Shown: positions 9,510 through 18,917 of the stretch, piece by piece
Layout: every line of letters starts with the position of its first letter
Position numbering within the stretch: position 1 is the stretch's first letter
NCBI GenBank assembly: GCA_963832675.1
Contig: CAWHUY010000012.1
Span: 16,857-80,856, forward strand
Origin: an uncultured Spirochaetota bacterium
Lineage (GTDB): Bacteria; Spirochaetota; Spirochaetia; DSM-27196; DATKUC01
Reading direction: 5' to 3'
DNA length: 64,000 nt
Notes under the pieces: generated by a model
What the model was told of the DNA's origin: nothing
Seen by the model: the letters and a program-made list of their open reading frames with translations, nothing else
Database searches by the model: none
Translations under genes and position numbers: made by a program

Positions 9510-10291
9510 CGGATGCGACGCTTTTCCAATACCGGTCCGGCGATTCGATCCTCCACCGAGCCGATCCGCGAATAAAGACCGCCGCTTTTCTCGCGTTCAA
9601 CATAGCTATCGCGGCGGCGAAGTTTCCCGGCGTCGGGGTTGCAGCGCTGGTGCTGGTCGCCGGGTACGCGGCGACGCGCGTCTCTTTCGTGCAGCCACTC
9701 CGGGGCGGCTGGCCGATCATGCTGCTGGCGTTTTTCGTTGTGATATCGCGCAGTGTCGACGCGCATGGGTCGGAGGTGGCGCCCGTCGTGTCGTGGGGAT
9801 CTATTCACCTGTATGGGGCCGGACTCCGATCCGGTGGAGTCTTCTCTCTCCGTCTCCTGGTTGCCCTGTGCGCGGCTCACCTTTTTGTGGCGACCACGCC
9901 GGTTCGCGCGCTGAGCCAGGTGGTCCGCTGGGCAATGTCTCCCCTTTTTCCGGAAAGCGCGGCCCGCGTCTCGGCGATGATCGGATTGACGGTGTCGTTT
10001 GTACCGATCTTCTTCCAGCTGACGACGGACTCCACAACAGCGCTTCTCTCCCGTGGCCTCTCGCCACTTCGGTCCCCGGTTCGTTATTTTCGCACCCTGT
10101 CGGTTGCAACGCTCCACGCGCTTCTCTACCGGTCCGGGGAAATATCGGCCGCACTCGAAAGCCGGGGTTTCCGCCCTGCGTCGGACCCCCCGGAGTTCAC
10201 ACCGCTGCGCCGGCTCGAACGGCGCGGCGTTGCCGCAACCGCGCTCTGTGCCGCTGCGGCAGCCGTTGCGGCGGCCGGGTTGTTCCTGTAA
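9506..10291 (+). CDS. bioN: ECF transporter transmembrane (T) component
   Basis: CbiQ/EcfT-like polytopic protein. The ATG at 9506 overlaps the ATPase stop (ATGA). N-terminus MTDATLFQYRSGDSILHRADPRIK is typical. Confidence 0.75.
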   Translation: MTDATLFQYRSGDSILHRADPRIKTAAFLAFNIAIAAAKFPGVGVAALVLVAGYAATRVSFVQPLRGGWPIMLLAFFVVISRSVDAHGSEVAPVVSWGSIHLYGAGLRSGGVFSLRLLVALCAAHLFVATTPVRALSQVVRWAMSPLFPESAARVSAMIGLTVSFVPIFFQLTTDSTTALLSRGLSPLRSPVRYFRTLSVATLHALLYRSGEISAALESRGFRPASDPPEFTPLRRLERRGVAATALCAAAAAVAAAGLFL

Positions 10292-10357
10292 TCCCGCAAC
10301 AACTGCTTCAATTCGCCTCGGGTTGCACCAAGCGCCGCCCGCGGGTATAACTCATCC

Positions 10358-11317
10358 ATGCTGCAGTCGGACTCCGGGCCATCTCAGAAGGCTCCTTCGG
10401 CGACGCCGGACGTTGCCGGACAAATCTTCACCTTTCTCGCATTTCTGATCTGGGGCCTTCTGCCCTTCTACTGGAAGTGGCTGCGCTCGGTTCCGGCTGT
10501 CGAGATCCTTGCACACCGGGTGATCTGGTCGGCCCTCTTCATGGGACTTCTCGTCGTCTTTCGCTACCGCGGCGAGGTCCGGGATTTTCTGAACGATTCC
10601 CATGCGCGCGCGCGTTCGATTGCCGCAGTCGCCTTTTGCGCCGTGGCCGTCGGTGCGAACTGGCTGCTCTACGTGTGGGCGGTAAATGCAGACCACGTCA
10701 TCGAGGCAAGCCTCGGCTACTACTTCACGCCGCTTCTCAACGTTTTTCTGGGTGTCGTATTCCTCAAAGAACGTCCAAAACGACTGGAGATCTCGGCGCT
10801 CATTCTCGCCACGATCGGGGTAATTGTGGTAACCGTCGGTTTCGGCAGCGTGCCGTGGATCAGCATTGGACTCGCCGTCAGTTTCGGGTCCTATGGCCTG
10901 GTCAAAAAGATCGGCCACCTGAACGCCGCCGTGGGGCTCTCGTTCGAAATGCTCCTCATAGTTCCTGCAGCCGGAATCTATCTGACAATCATCGGAACGC
11001 GCGGTGAGAGCCACTTCAGCAGTTCGCCACTGAGCTCAATCCTTCTTGCCGGAAGCGGCGTGATAACCGCAATCCCGCTTCTCCTGTTCGGCGCCGGGGC
11101 CCGGCGCGTTCCGCTTTCAAATGTCGCTTTTTTTCAATATCTCGCACCGACGCTGATGCTGCTCATCGGAACAATTGCTTACCGGGAGCCGTTCACTACG
11201 CCTCAGCTTCTCAGCTTCTTTTTTATCTGGGCCGCCCTTGCGCTCTACACGATCTCGCTTGTTCGCACCTCCCGCGGGCGCCCGGCTGAGAGGTCTCCTG
11301 GGAAGGAACACTCGTGA
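10358..11317 (+). CDS. rarD: EamA/DMT-family transporter, RarD type
   Basis: FLAFLIWGLLPFYWKWL...ILAHRVIWS...GYYFTPLLNVFLGVVFLKER is the RarD signature region. 10 TM helices. Confidence 0.75.
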   Translation: MLQSDSGPSQKAPSATPDVAGQIFTFLAFLIWGLLPFYWKWLRSVPAVEILAHRVIWSALFMGLLVVFRYRGEVRDFLNDSHARARSIAAVAFCAVAVGANWLLYVWAVNADHVIEASLGYYFTPLLNVFLGVVFLKERPKRLEISALILATIGVIVVTVGFGSVPWISIGLAVSFGSYGLVKKIGHLNAAVGLSFEMLLIVPAAGIYLTIIGTRGESHFSSSPLSSILLAGSGVITAIPLLLFGAGARRVPLSNVAFFQYLAPTLMLLIGTIAYREPFTTPQLLSFFFIWAALALYTISLVRTSRGRPAERSPGKEHS

Positions 11318-12276
11318 GGCGGGCTGACGGCAGCGGCAGTCTCCATTCCTGGCGGACTCCCACCCCGCGAATCGCGGTGCTGATCGGAGTACTTTTCACC
11401 TCCACTTCTGCTATCCTGATCCGGCTTTCGGACGCGCCTCCGCTTGCGATTGCGGCCTGGCGCATGACCTTTTCGGCGCTGCTTATGCTTGTCCCAATGG
11501 TCTGGTCAATAGTGCCGGCCAGAATTCCACTGGGTGCGCCGAGACGCCTTCGGGGCACAGACCTTCTGTGGTGCATCGCAAGCGGTTTCTTTCTCGCACT
11601 CCATTTCGCATCCTGGATCACATCGCTCAGCTTCACCTCGGTAGCCGCAGCGACGGTACTGGTAGACACACACCCGATCTTCATCGTCGTCCTGAGTTCG
11701 CTATTTCTGAAGGAGAAAGTTCGCCGCCTCTCTCTCGGGCTGATCCTTATCGCATTGGCAGGAAGCGTACTGCTTGCCGTGGAGCCAGGATCCGGTGCAG
11801 GAGGAACTCTCTACGGAAACGGTCTCGCCCTTTTCGGGGCCATTGCGGTATCCGGCTATCTTATGATCGGCCGCATCGTGCGCCCCAGGCTCGGCGTGAC
11901 TCAGTACACCTTCCTGGTCTACGCTTCGGCAGCCGCCATGCTCCTCGGGGTCTGTCTCATCACCGGGACCCCGGTTTCCGGCTTCTCCCCGGTCAACTAC
12001 CTGTTGTTCGCGGGCCTTGCGGTATTTCCGACGCTGCTCGGACACAGCGTCTTCAACTGGGCGCTCAGATACCTGCCGCCGATATTCATATCCATCTCGG
12101 TGCTGGGTGAGCCGGTCCTTGCAACATGCATGGCCCTCCTCGTCTTTTCGGAGGTCCCCACCGCCCTGACCGTGATTGGCGGGGCGGTCGTCATTGGCGC
12201 TATCGGTGCCTACCTCCTGTACGAAAACGCGCTTCCACAGCGAGGCGGGCGCACACCAGTCCGAGCCACCGACTGA
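11314..12276 (+). CDS. EamA/DMT-family transporter
   Basis: Two EamA repeats, polytopic. The GTG start overlaps the rarD stop (GTGA). Confidence 0.7.
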   Translation: MRRADGSGSLHSWRTPTPRIAVLIGVLFTSTSAILIRLSDAPPLAIAAWRMTFSALLMLVPMVWSIVPARIPLGAPRRLRGTDLLWCIASGFFLALHFASWITSLSFTSVAAATVLVDTHPIFIVVLSSLFLKEKVRRLSLGLILIALAGSVLLAVEPGSGAGGTLYGNGLALFGAIAVSGYLMIGRIVRPRLGVTQYTFLVYASAAAMLLGVCLITGTPVSGFSPVNYLLFAGLAVFPTLLGHSVFNWALRYLPPIFISISVLGEPVLATCMALLVFSEVPTALTVIGGAVVIGAIGAYLLYENALPQRGGRTPVRATD

Positions 12277-12328
12277 GAAGAGCCTGAGAGAGCTGTCGAA
12301 GATTTCTCAACTCTGATAGGATACCGAA

Positions 12329-13480
12329 ATGAATCGAAGGTCCGACAGTCTGCAACACCGTTTTGCAAACAGCTCACCGTCGGTCCGGTCACTTTTGGAA
12401 TCGGCACGGACCGCCGTCGGACAGGTCCTCGCCGTCAAGCCGGATGAATCGGTTCTCATCGTCACGAACCCGGTTTCGGACGTCTCAGATATTTCGATGG
12501 CCATCTACGATGCGGCTGTCGAAGCAGGAGCGCGGCCGGTGCTCGCATATCAGCCGCGAAAAAGTCAGCTGGACTTCGCGGAGCCGGCGGTGATCGAGGC
12601 AATCCGCAGCAGACCCGACGTCTTCATCTCGATGAGTGCGGGCAAACTCGGTAAGGACCGCAGAGGCATCGTGGAGCCGTATGAATCGCAAGGAAGACGA
12701 TTCGACAATCTGTTCCACTTTCTCCTCTACGGCGAGAAATCAATGCGAAGCTTCTGGTCCCCCGGGGTAACCCGAGAAATCTTTCTTCGAGCCGTTCCTA
12801 TCGACTACGGAACGCTTCGGCTAAAATGCGCGGCACTGAAACAGGTGCTCGATCACGCGACCTCGGTCCGCATCACCACGCGGGCCGGAACCGAGCTCAC
12901 CATCGGTGTCAACGGTCGCACGGCCTACGTCGACGACGGAGATTTCACTCTTCCGGGCCGCGGCGGAAATCTGCCGGCGGGAGAGACCTACATCTCTCCG
13001 GCCCTCGGCAGCAGTGAGGGGCTTATCGTCTTCGACGGCAGTATCTCCTCCTATTCAGGAACGATTCAGATACGACAGCCCATCCGCGTCGAGGTTGTCG
13101 GAGGCTTCGTCACGAGCGTTGACGGCGGCACGGAAGCGGACGAACTCGCGGATACGATCCGGCGCGGGGAAGAGAACACCACAGCTCTGGAAAAACAGGG
13201 GAAGCTCCCTGCGGGTGACGGGGAACTGTACCGCCGCAACGTTCGCAACATTGGAGAGCTCGGCATCGGACTCAACCCCGCGGCGCGCGTCTCCGGCAAC
13301 ATGCTCGAAGACGAGAAAGCCTTCCGCACCTGCCACGTAGCGATTGGTCACAACTACGACGGGGATGCGCCGGCTCTCACCCATCTCGACGGTGTGATTC
13401 GAAATCCTACGATTTCCGTCGTCCACGATGACGGGTCGCAGATGGATGTCATGCGCGACGGTGAGTTTGTGTCGGTGTAA
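12329..13480 (+). CDS. M29-family aminopeptidase (AmpS/PepS-like)
   Basis: 383 aa. GGNLPAGETYISP and HVAIGHNYD-type metal-site regions are characteristic of thermophilic metalloprotease M29. Confidence 0.7.
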   Translation: MNRRSDSLQHRFANSSPSVRSLLESARTAVGQVLAVKPDESVLIVTNPVSDVSDISMAIYDAAVEAGARPVLAYQPRKSQLDFAEPAVIEAIRSRPDVFISMSAGKLGKDRRGIVEPYESQGRRFDNLFHFLLYGEKSMRSFWSPGVTREIFLRAVPIDYGTLRLKCAALKQVLDHATSVRITTRAGTELTIGVNGRTAYVDDGDFTLPGRGGNLPAGETYISPALGSSEGLIVFDGSISSYSGTIQIRQPIRVEVVGGFVTSVDGGTEADELADTIRRGEENTTALEKQGKLPAGDGELYRRNVRNIGELGIGLNPAARVSGNMLEDEKAFRTCHVAIGHNYDGDAPALTHLDGVIRNPTISVVHDDGSQMDVMRDGEFVSV

Positions 13481-13511
13481 CCCGCATCCGGGAGAAGTTG
13501 TCTGATTTCCC

Positions 13512-13541
13512 TTGCAAAACTTCGTACAACCGATATATAGT
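13512..13541 (+). promoter_or_regulatory. sigma70-type promoter of nrdR
   Basis: TTGCAA-N18-TATAGT read directly, 66 nt upstream of the nrdR ATG. Confidence 0.45.
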
Positions 13542-13585
13542 GTATTCGCGCGCGAGAATCACGGCGAAAAACGCTATATGTAGCG
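13528..13585 (+). promoter_or_regulatory. two candidate NrdR boxes (AT-centred palindromes)
   Basis: Box 1 is AACCGATATATAGTGT (13528-13543, overlaps the -10). Box 2 is CGCTATATGTAGCG (13572-13585, 12/14 palindromic). Centres are about 43 bp apart, roughly four helical turns. Both resemble the published acaCwAtATaTwGtgt consensus. Confidence 0.45.
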
Positions 13586-13606
13586 CGGCTGGGAGCGAAT
13601 GGGGAG

Positions 13607-14095
13607 ATGCGGTGCCCACACTGCCACAGTCTGGAAGACAAGGTAATTGAATCGCGTACACTCGCGAGCGGCGATGCGATTCGCCGCCGCCGGGAATGCA
13701 CCGAGTGCGGTTACCGGTTCACCTCCTACGAGCGCATCGAAGAAAAACAGCTTATGGTCGTCAAACGCAGCGGTGACCGCCGGGAGCCGTTCAGCCGGGA
13801 AAAACTCGAACGCGGAATACAGCGCGCGCTCGAAAAACGTTCGGTGAGCCAGGTTCAGATAGAGAACATGATCAATCAGCTCGAGGATGAGGCCTCAATG
13901 AAGGGGCGCGGAAGCCATGAGATCGCGTCCCGGGATATCGGTGAAATGGTTCTGAAACTGCTCTACCGGATAGACAAAGTTGCCTATATCCGCTTTGCGT
14001 CGGTATATCGCAATTTCGAAGGAGTCGGCGAGTTCGTTCGAGAGATCGAGACGTTGAGCGTGGTTGCCGACAACGAATCGGACGCAGAGGAGTGA
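13607..14095 (+). CDS. nrdR: transcriptional repressor NrdR (zinc ribbon + ATP-cone)
   Basis: MRCPHCHSLEDKVIESR...RRRECTECGYRFTSYERIE...REPFSREKLERGIQRALEKR. Confidence 0.95.
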   Translation: MRCPHCHSLEDKVIESRTLASGDAIRRRRECTECGYRFTSYERIEEKQLMVVKRSGDRREPFSREKLERGIQRALEKRSVSQVQIENMINQLEDEASMKGRGSHEIASRDIGEMVLKLLYRIDKVAYIRFASVYRNFEGVGEFVREIETLSVVADNESDAEE

Positions 14096-14208
14096 CGCAG
14101 CCGTAGGGTCTGTATGGCGCGGGGTACGCGGGGAGGGGAAACCGGGATCGGTCGAGTTTTCGGGTCGTGTCGGCAGATATCGGACCGTTTGCTTGCCGGG
14201 GTAACACT

Positions 14209-14238
14209 GCAGCGGCTCCCGGACTAGGGGAGCCGCTG
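14209..14238. terminator. 12-bp perfect hairpin between convergent nrdR and tRNA (bidirectional terminator candidate)
   Basis: GCAGCGGCTCCC-GGACTA-GGGAGCCGCTGC read directly. No clear U-tract on either strand. Confidence 0.4.
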
Positions 14239-14283
14239 CAACTTGAGTCGAGGTATCCAGTTCTTGTGGATTGTGACACCTGA

Positions 14284-14356
14284 TAGCGGCGAAGGGACTT
14301 GAACCCCTGACCGAGCGGATATGAGCCGCTTGCTCTACCACCTGAGCTACGCCGCC
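14284..14356 (-). tRNA. tRNA with anticodon CAT (elongator tRNA-Met, or tRNA-Ile2 if lysidinylated). Not an initiator
   Basis: Reverse complement GGCGGCGTAGCTCAGGTGGTAGAGCAAGCGGCTCATATCCGCTCGGTCAGGGGTTCAAGTCCCTTCGCCGCTA folds as a 73-nt cloverleaf (7/4/5/5 stems, loop CTCATAT, TTCAAGT T-loop). No encoded CCA. It lacks the initiator 1:72 mismatch and the GGG/CCC anticodon stem. Confidence 0.9.
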
Positions 14357-14415
14357 TTATCGCAATGGAGCGTACTATACCAACGCCTTCTGTTTCTGTC
14401 AACACAATGCCCTGT

Positions 14416-15798
14416 TCAGGACTGCTCCGTGCGCGCTCGTCCGCCCCGAAGAGAGAATACCACTCCTACCCCGCATAGAAATGCCGACACCAGGAAAGCA
14501 AGCCGGACGCTCTCGACAATTGCCGCGGAGGGAACTCCCGCCAGCATCTGATGTCCGATCTTCACACTGAATATCAGAAGGGATATTCCCATGCTGAGCA
14601 TCTGTCCGAGTACCCGCATTGTCCCCAGCGTTGCCGACGCTACCCCGTAGGAGCGTTTGTCCACGTCCCGCAAAGCACCGTTTGTATTTGGCGATGAGAA
14701 AAACGCGAACCCGACGCCGAGTACGGCGAGCCAGATTATAATTCCGGCAAATGGCGTAGAGGCATCGACCAACGACAGCCCGAAAAGCCCGACGACCGTC
14801 AGAACCATGCCAAACGAAGCGACGATTCTTGGCTGGGCGCGGTCCGACATTCTTCCGGCGAACGGCGACAGAAGCGCCTGAACGATCGGTTGCGCGACCA
14901 GAATGAGACCAGCCTCACCGGCGGGCAGCCGGCGAACGTACTGCAGGTAGAGGCTGAGCAGAAAAGTTACCGCAAAAGTGGCCATGTAGTTGAGCAGGGC
15001 GGCGGCGTTCGCCGACCCGAAACCTGGATTCTTGATGAATAGCGAGATGTCCAGAAGCGGGTAGGCAATTCTCCTCTGCCGTCTGAGAAAGAGAAGTGCG
15101 CCAAGAACTCCGGCCCCAAGATAGAGGACGCCGGGCAACGAGGGAAGGAGAGAGACTCCGTACATGGCAGCGACCAGAAGACCGACGTAGATGATTGAAC
15201 CTGCCACGTCGAGTCTCTCCGGTTGCTCCGATTTCCACTCCCCTTTCAGCCGCCATACGACGAGCACGATGACAAACAACGCGATCGGAATCTGCACGAG
15301 AAACACGCTTCGCCACCCCGCGTACTGCACGAGTGCGCCGCCGGCAACCGGCCCGAACGAGAGTCCAAGATAGGTGGCGGCGACGTTGATTCCGAGCGCC
15401 TTCCCTCGCTCATGCGGCTCAAAGACGGATGTCACCATCGCGACGCTCGTGCCGAACAGCATTGCGCTCGCGATGCCCTGAACGACGCGGACCAGCAGCA
15501 AAAAAACGATGCTTGGCGCGATCGCACAGAGGAAGGTCGTCGCAGCATAAGCTGCCATTCCCAGAAGAAAAATCCGCTTGCGTCCGACTATGTCGGCGAT
15601 TCGCCCGAACGGCAGAAGGAGCGCTCCTGCCGCAAGAAGGTAGACCGTGGCAATCCAATTCAACGTCACGGCGTCGGCATGAAATTCCGACGCAATTGCC
15701 GGGAGAGCCACGTTGATCGCAGAGGACATGAAGGGTGCAAGAAGCGCGGCGATCGTTGCGACAAGCAAGGTTGTTCGTTTCAGAGGGGCCTCCTCCAT
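14416..15798 (-). CDS. MFS transporter, 14-TMS DHA2 (EmrB/QacA-like) drug/H+ antiporter family
   Basis: 460 aa. Motif A GRIADIVGRKRIF, multiple hydrophobic spans. Starts 6 nt after the upstream gene stop. Confidence 0.8.
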   Translation of the reverse strand: MEEAPLKRTTLLVATIAALLAPFMSSAINVALPAIASEFHADAVTLNWIATVYLLAAGALLLPFGRIADIVGRKRIFLLGMAAYAATTFLCAIAPSIVFLLLVRVVQGIASAMLFGTSVAMVTSVFEPHERGKALGINVAATYLGLSFGPVAGGALVQYAGWRSVFLVQIPIALFVIVLVVWRLKGEWKSEQPERLDVAGSIIYVGLLVAAMYGVSLLPSLPGVLYLGAGVLGALLFLRRQRRIAYPLLDISLFIKNPGFGSANAAALLNYMATFAVTFLLSLYLQYVRRLPAGEAGLILVAQPIVQALLSPFAGRMSDRAQPRIVASFGMVLTVVGLFGLSLVDASTPFAGIIIWLAVLGVGFAFFSSPNTNGALRDVDKRSYGVASATLGTMRVLGQMLSMGISLLIFSVKIGHQMLAGVPSAAIVESVRLAFLVSAFLCGVGVVFSLRGGRARTEQS

Positions 15799-15804
15799 TC
15801 GGTT

Positions 15805-17475
15805 CTACAGAAGGTTGTGTGCTATCGCTTCGGCGAAAAGTATCCCATTCCATCGGCTGTGGCGCTGGTAGGAAATCTTGTCATCGTATCGGTCGATCCT
15901 CGTGAGCCGTTCCTGCATATTCTTCACCGCTTTTCCAAGAACCGTAAGACGGTCCTCAAGCGAAGGGTCGCGTCCGGCTTCCCGCGCATCGGGAAGTATC
16001 AGCGCGTACAGAAGAAAGTACAGGTGATTGTATGGATCAAGTTTCGAAACGCCGGCCTCCCGCGTGAGACTGTGCATTTCGGCTATTCCTTCGATGCGGT
16101 GACCGGCTCGGGCCAGCGTGTAACCGTGAAACGCTTTCAGGAGATGATCGCTGACGAGGCCCGAACCGGCGCGCCCCACAGTCAGATCTTCGAGATCGGA
16201 AAATCCGCTTTGCCACACCAGCGATTCGACGGTGAACGGGTCGTTTTCCGGGGAAATCTCGCCGGCCCGGTCAAGGGCGGCAAGCGCCTCGTCGAAGCTT
16301 TCGTTTATGATATGTGCTTCCGCCGTGAAGAAAAGCGTCTCGCGCGTGACTCGCATACCGGCGAGCATCTGCACGGCACGGCCCGGCATCCCGGCGTACG
16401 CAAGCGATCGTGCGAGCCACGCGTAGAAGATGATATGCGCCGGGATATGCTGGCAGAGCTGTGCTTCCGTCAGCGAATGCTGGAAATGGCGTTGGGCTTC
16501 GTCGTATCTTCCGAGCTCGAACAGGACGCGACCGCGGATAAGCGCGAGATAGAGTCCCCATTCCCGCATCCCCGCCTGCACCGCGAGGCCGGACAGCTGC
16601 TCAATCCGCTCGGTAACGCGGGTGTAGCTTCCAAAGATGAAATGACTCGCCGTTTCGAGCGCGTGACTTCGCACGTACTCGTAGACTGAAACATCGGGCT
16701 CGACATACTTTCCCGAGATAACGAAGTACTCGCGGGCATCCGTCAGCTGTTCCTGGGCGAGCATGAGAAGACCAAACTCGGAGTGTGCCGCGGCCAGACC
16801 GCGAGGATCGGCGGCATCCTGGTACATGATGATCGCCCGCTTGATGAGCTTGAGCGCAGGTCCCTGTTCGCCTCGGGTAAAAAGGTACCGTGCCCGCTGG
16901 AGCCGGAGATCCGCTTTCTCCACTCCCGGGTCCACCTCCAGTTCAATGTTGCCGGACCGCTCGAAAGCAGTATCGGCGCCGTGGTGGTCGTCGGCCAGAA
17001 GGGCCAGGCGCAGGCGGAGTCCGAGGACTATTGCGGTTTCTATGGGGCCAGAAGCAGGGGGAGCAGCGTCAATTTGATAGGGACAATCGCCGTACAGAAG
17101 TCGGAATGCCGTCGCGAGCTCACGCCGGTCGAGGAGATCGGCAACAAGCTCTCCAAAAAGATGCCGCTCCTCCGGCGGCTCGACGGCACCACGCGAAACC
17201 TCGAAAAGCGCCTCCGAAACGGGAATGAGGCGCTGGCGTCGAAGGGCGAGCGCACGGGAGACGATGACTCTCCGTGCTTCCCTCGCCGTCGCACCCAACA
17301 GTCCGGCGAGCGAACGTTCGAGGTCCGGGATCGAAGGCCTCAGCAAGAGTTCACTGTCAACCAGATTCAGGTCGGCGAGTAGCTTGGTGATTTCCGGAAC
17401 GCGCGCCGGAGGGATATCGAGCTCCGACAGTATTTCCATTGTGCGCGGCACAGGAAAAAGCTCCCAGCAGAGCAT
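15805..17475 (-). CDS. helical-repeat (TPR/MalT-like) C-terminal portion of a large STAND-type ATPase (separate ORF only because of a frameshift near 17520)
   Basis: Leu/Ala-rich repeats. The frame is open upstream of its first Met back to 17520 and reads ...FADLGSAEQTVLYAVMLCWELFPVP..., continuous in sense with the end of the upstream ORF. Confidence 0.6.
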   Translation of the reverse strand: MLCWELFPVPRTMEILSELDIPPARVPEITKLLADLNLVDSELLLRPSIPDLERSLAGLLGATAREARRVIVSRALALRRQRLIPVSEALFEVSRGAVEPPEERHLFGELVADLLDRRELATAFRLLYGDCPYQIDAAPPASGPIETAIVLGLRLRLALLADDHHGADTAFERSGNIELEVDPGVEKADLRLQRARYLFTRGEQGPALKLIKRAIIMYQDAADPRGLAAAHSEFGLLMLAQEQLTDAREYFVISGKYVEPDVSVYEYVRSHALETASHFIFGSYTRVTERIEQLSGLAVQAGMREWGLYLALIRGRVLFELGRYDEAQRHFQHSLTEAQLCQHIPAHIIFYAWLARSLAYAGMPGRAVQMLAGMRVTRETLFFTAEAHIINESFDEALAALDRAGEISPENDPFTVESLVWQSGFSDLEDLTVGRAGSGLVSDHLLKAFHGYTLARAGHRIEGIAEMHSLTREAGVSKLDPYNHLYFLLYALILPDAREAGRDPSLEDRLTVLGKAVKNMQERLTRIDRYDDKISYQRHSRWNGILFAEAIAHNLL

Positions 17476-17503
17476 GACGGCGTAGAGAACTGTCTGCTCG
17501 GCA

Positions 17504-18868
17504 CTACCCAGATCCGCAAATCACGCCCCACACCGTGCGAAGCTCCGGGGGCACATCCGCAGCTTCAGTTTCTTTCAAACCGGCCCGTGTCTGAACGTGA
17601 AAAAGATAGAACATCGAAACGATATTTCCGCCGGTTCGTTCTCGTATCCATTCCGGTGGTTTCGGGCCTCCCGGACTTTCATCCAGAAAGCGGCGCGAAA
17701 GCTCATCGGTAACCGCGTCGTCGATCGCCGGGATCCGAAGCTTTCGATAGGGAAAATCTCTCAGCTCAGGCGGAAGATAGGGCTTCTGGGAAACGAGTAT
17801 GGGGATGAACGCCTGTGACGGCAGGAACCGCTCGAAAACGGAACCGAGGATCTCAAGCGTATCGGTCTGATAGGCTTGCACGTTGTAACAGACAAGCACC
17901 GCCGGGATGAGCAGCGCCTCCATTCGCCGAACAAACGCCTGGACAAAAAGCCCGTAGGCAAGAAGGAAGTCACGCTGGAGAGAATCCGGACAAAGATGGT
18001 CTCCGCGTTGGCCGAGAAGGGATTCGAGCAATCCTATCCGTTCCGCCCAGGAAGGACGTTCACGGGCACTCAAATGAATCGGCACCTCTCCGAGCTCCCA
18101 TCCTCGCAGACTGTTCACCAGAGGTGAAATCACAGATTGGCGGCGGACACCGGGGTTAAGCTCGATGTAGCTGGATCGCCCCTCCTCGCCGCCGAGTCGT
18201 TCCAGGGCGTACGAAAGGTTCTGCCGTTTGCCGGACATACGCGGTCCGTGCAGCAACAGCACTCCCGGCTTCCAGTCATCATCCCAGTAGGTGCCCAGTG
18301 CATCCACAACCTGCTGGTGAATCTGGGGGTGACGACAGAACTCAGCGGCTTCACCCAATTTGGTCGGTGCTCGCACGTTGCGCTCGTCAACCACCCAGTA
18401 TCCGTTGCTCCAGTGCATTCGCAGCTGGGATTCGAGCCCGGGTGCAGCGCTTTCCCCGACGAGCAACGCTTCGTCGAGCTCGGCGGTTCGCAGTTTCGTT
18501 CGCATCCCTCGAAGAACCGCTTCATGGTCCTCTTCGGCGGTTGCCTCGAGGAGCAACAGGAATCCCATCAGGTCGTCGCGTCGGGATACCAGATATCGGT
18601 ACGCTGAGAAGACTGCATCGACAAGATTCTTCGTTTCCGTCGTCTGTCCGCCGGTGAAGAGGAACAGAGCGTCTCCCCCGTCCGCGCGCACATGTCGCGC
18701 TCCGCGGGACTCGAGCAAGTTCAGAATACTTCGCTCAACCGACGTCATGTAGGGCTGCTTGATCTTCTGGAGCTGACGAATGTTGTGTATTTGAATGAGC
18801 AGATAAAACATCGACACCGCCGTCGTCCCCCCACTATCCGCCGCCTGACTTGCTATCAATGTCTGCAT
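17504..18868 (-). CDS. N-terminal portion of a STAND-type ATPase: degenerate nucleotidyl-cyclase-like domain + P-loop NTPase
   Basis: Cyclase-like GARHVRADGGDALFLFTG with the first metal Asp motif replaced (FYLLIQIHN). Walker-A-like LLLHGPRMSGKRQ. Start taken at the internal ATG at 18868, because the track ORF overlaps the PilZ gene. Confidence 0.5.
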   Translation of the reverse strand: MQTLIASQAADSGGTTAVSMFYLLIQIHNIRQLQKIKQPYMTSVERSILNLLESRGARHVRADGGDALFLFTGGQTTETKNLVDAVFSAYRYLVSRRDDLMGFLLLLEATAEEDHEAVLRGMRTKLRTAELDEALLVGESAAPGLESQLRMHWSNGYWVVDERNVRAPTKLGEAAEFCRHPQIHQQVVDALGTYWDDDWKPGVLLLHGPRMSGKRQNLSYALERLGGEEGRSSYIELNPGVRRQSVISPLVNSLRGWELGEVPIHLSARERPSWAERIGLLESLLGQRGDHLCPDSLQRDFLLAYGLFVQAFVRRMEALLIPAVLVCYNVQAYQTDTLEILGSVFERFLPSQAFIPILVSQKPYLPPELRDFPYRKLRIPAIDDAVTDELSRRFLDESPGGPKPPEWIRERTGGNIVSMFYLFHVQTRAGLKETEAADVPPELRTVWGVICGSG

Positions 18869-18917
18869 TTTCGTAGAAACCGGCGGAATTGTGAAGAGGG
18901 AAACGGTCCGGACGCGA

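Noticed and set aside
14096-14416. tRNA locus as a possible genomic-island integration site
   Set aside because: There is no integrase, no duplicated tRNA 3' end and no compositional break nearby. The flanks are nrdR and an MFS operon.
15223-16689. 488-aa + strand ORF
   Set aside because: It is antisense to the MFS transporter and the TPR gene. Extreme Arg/Glu/Gly content and no motif, so it is a shadow ORF.
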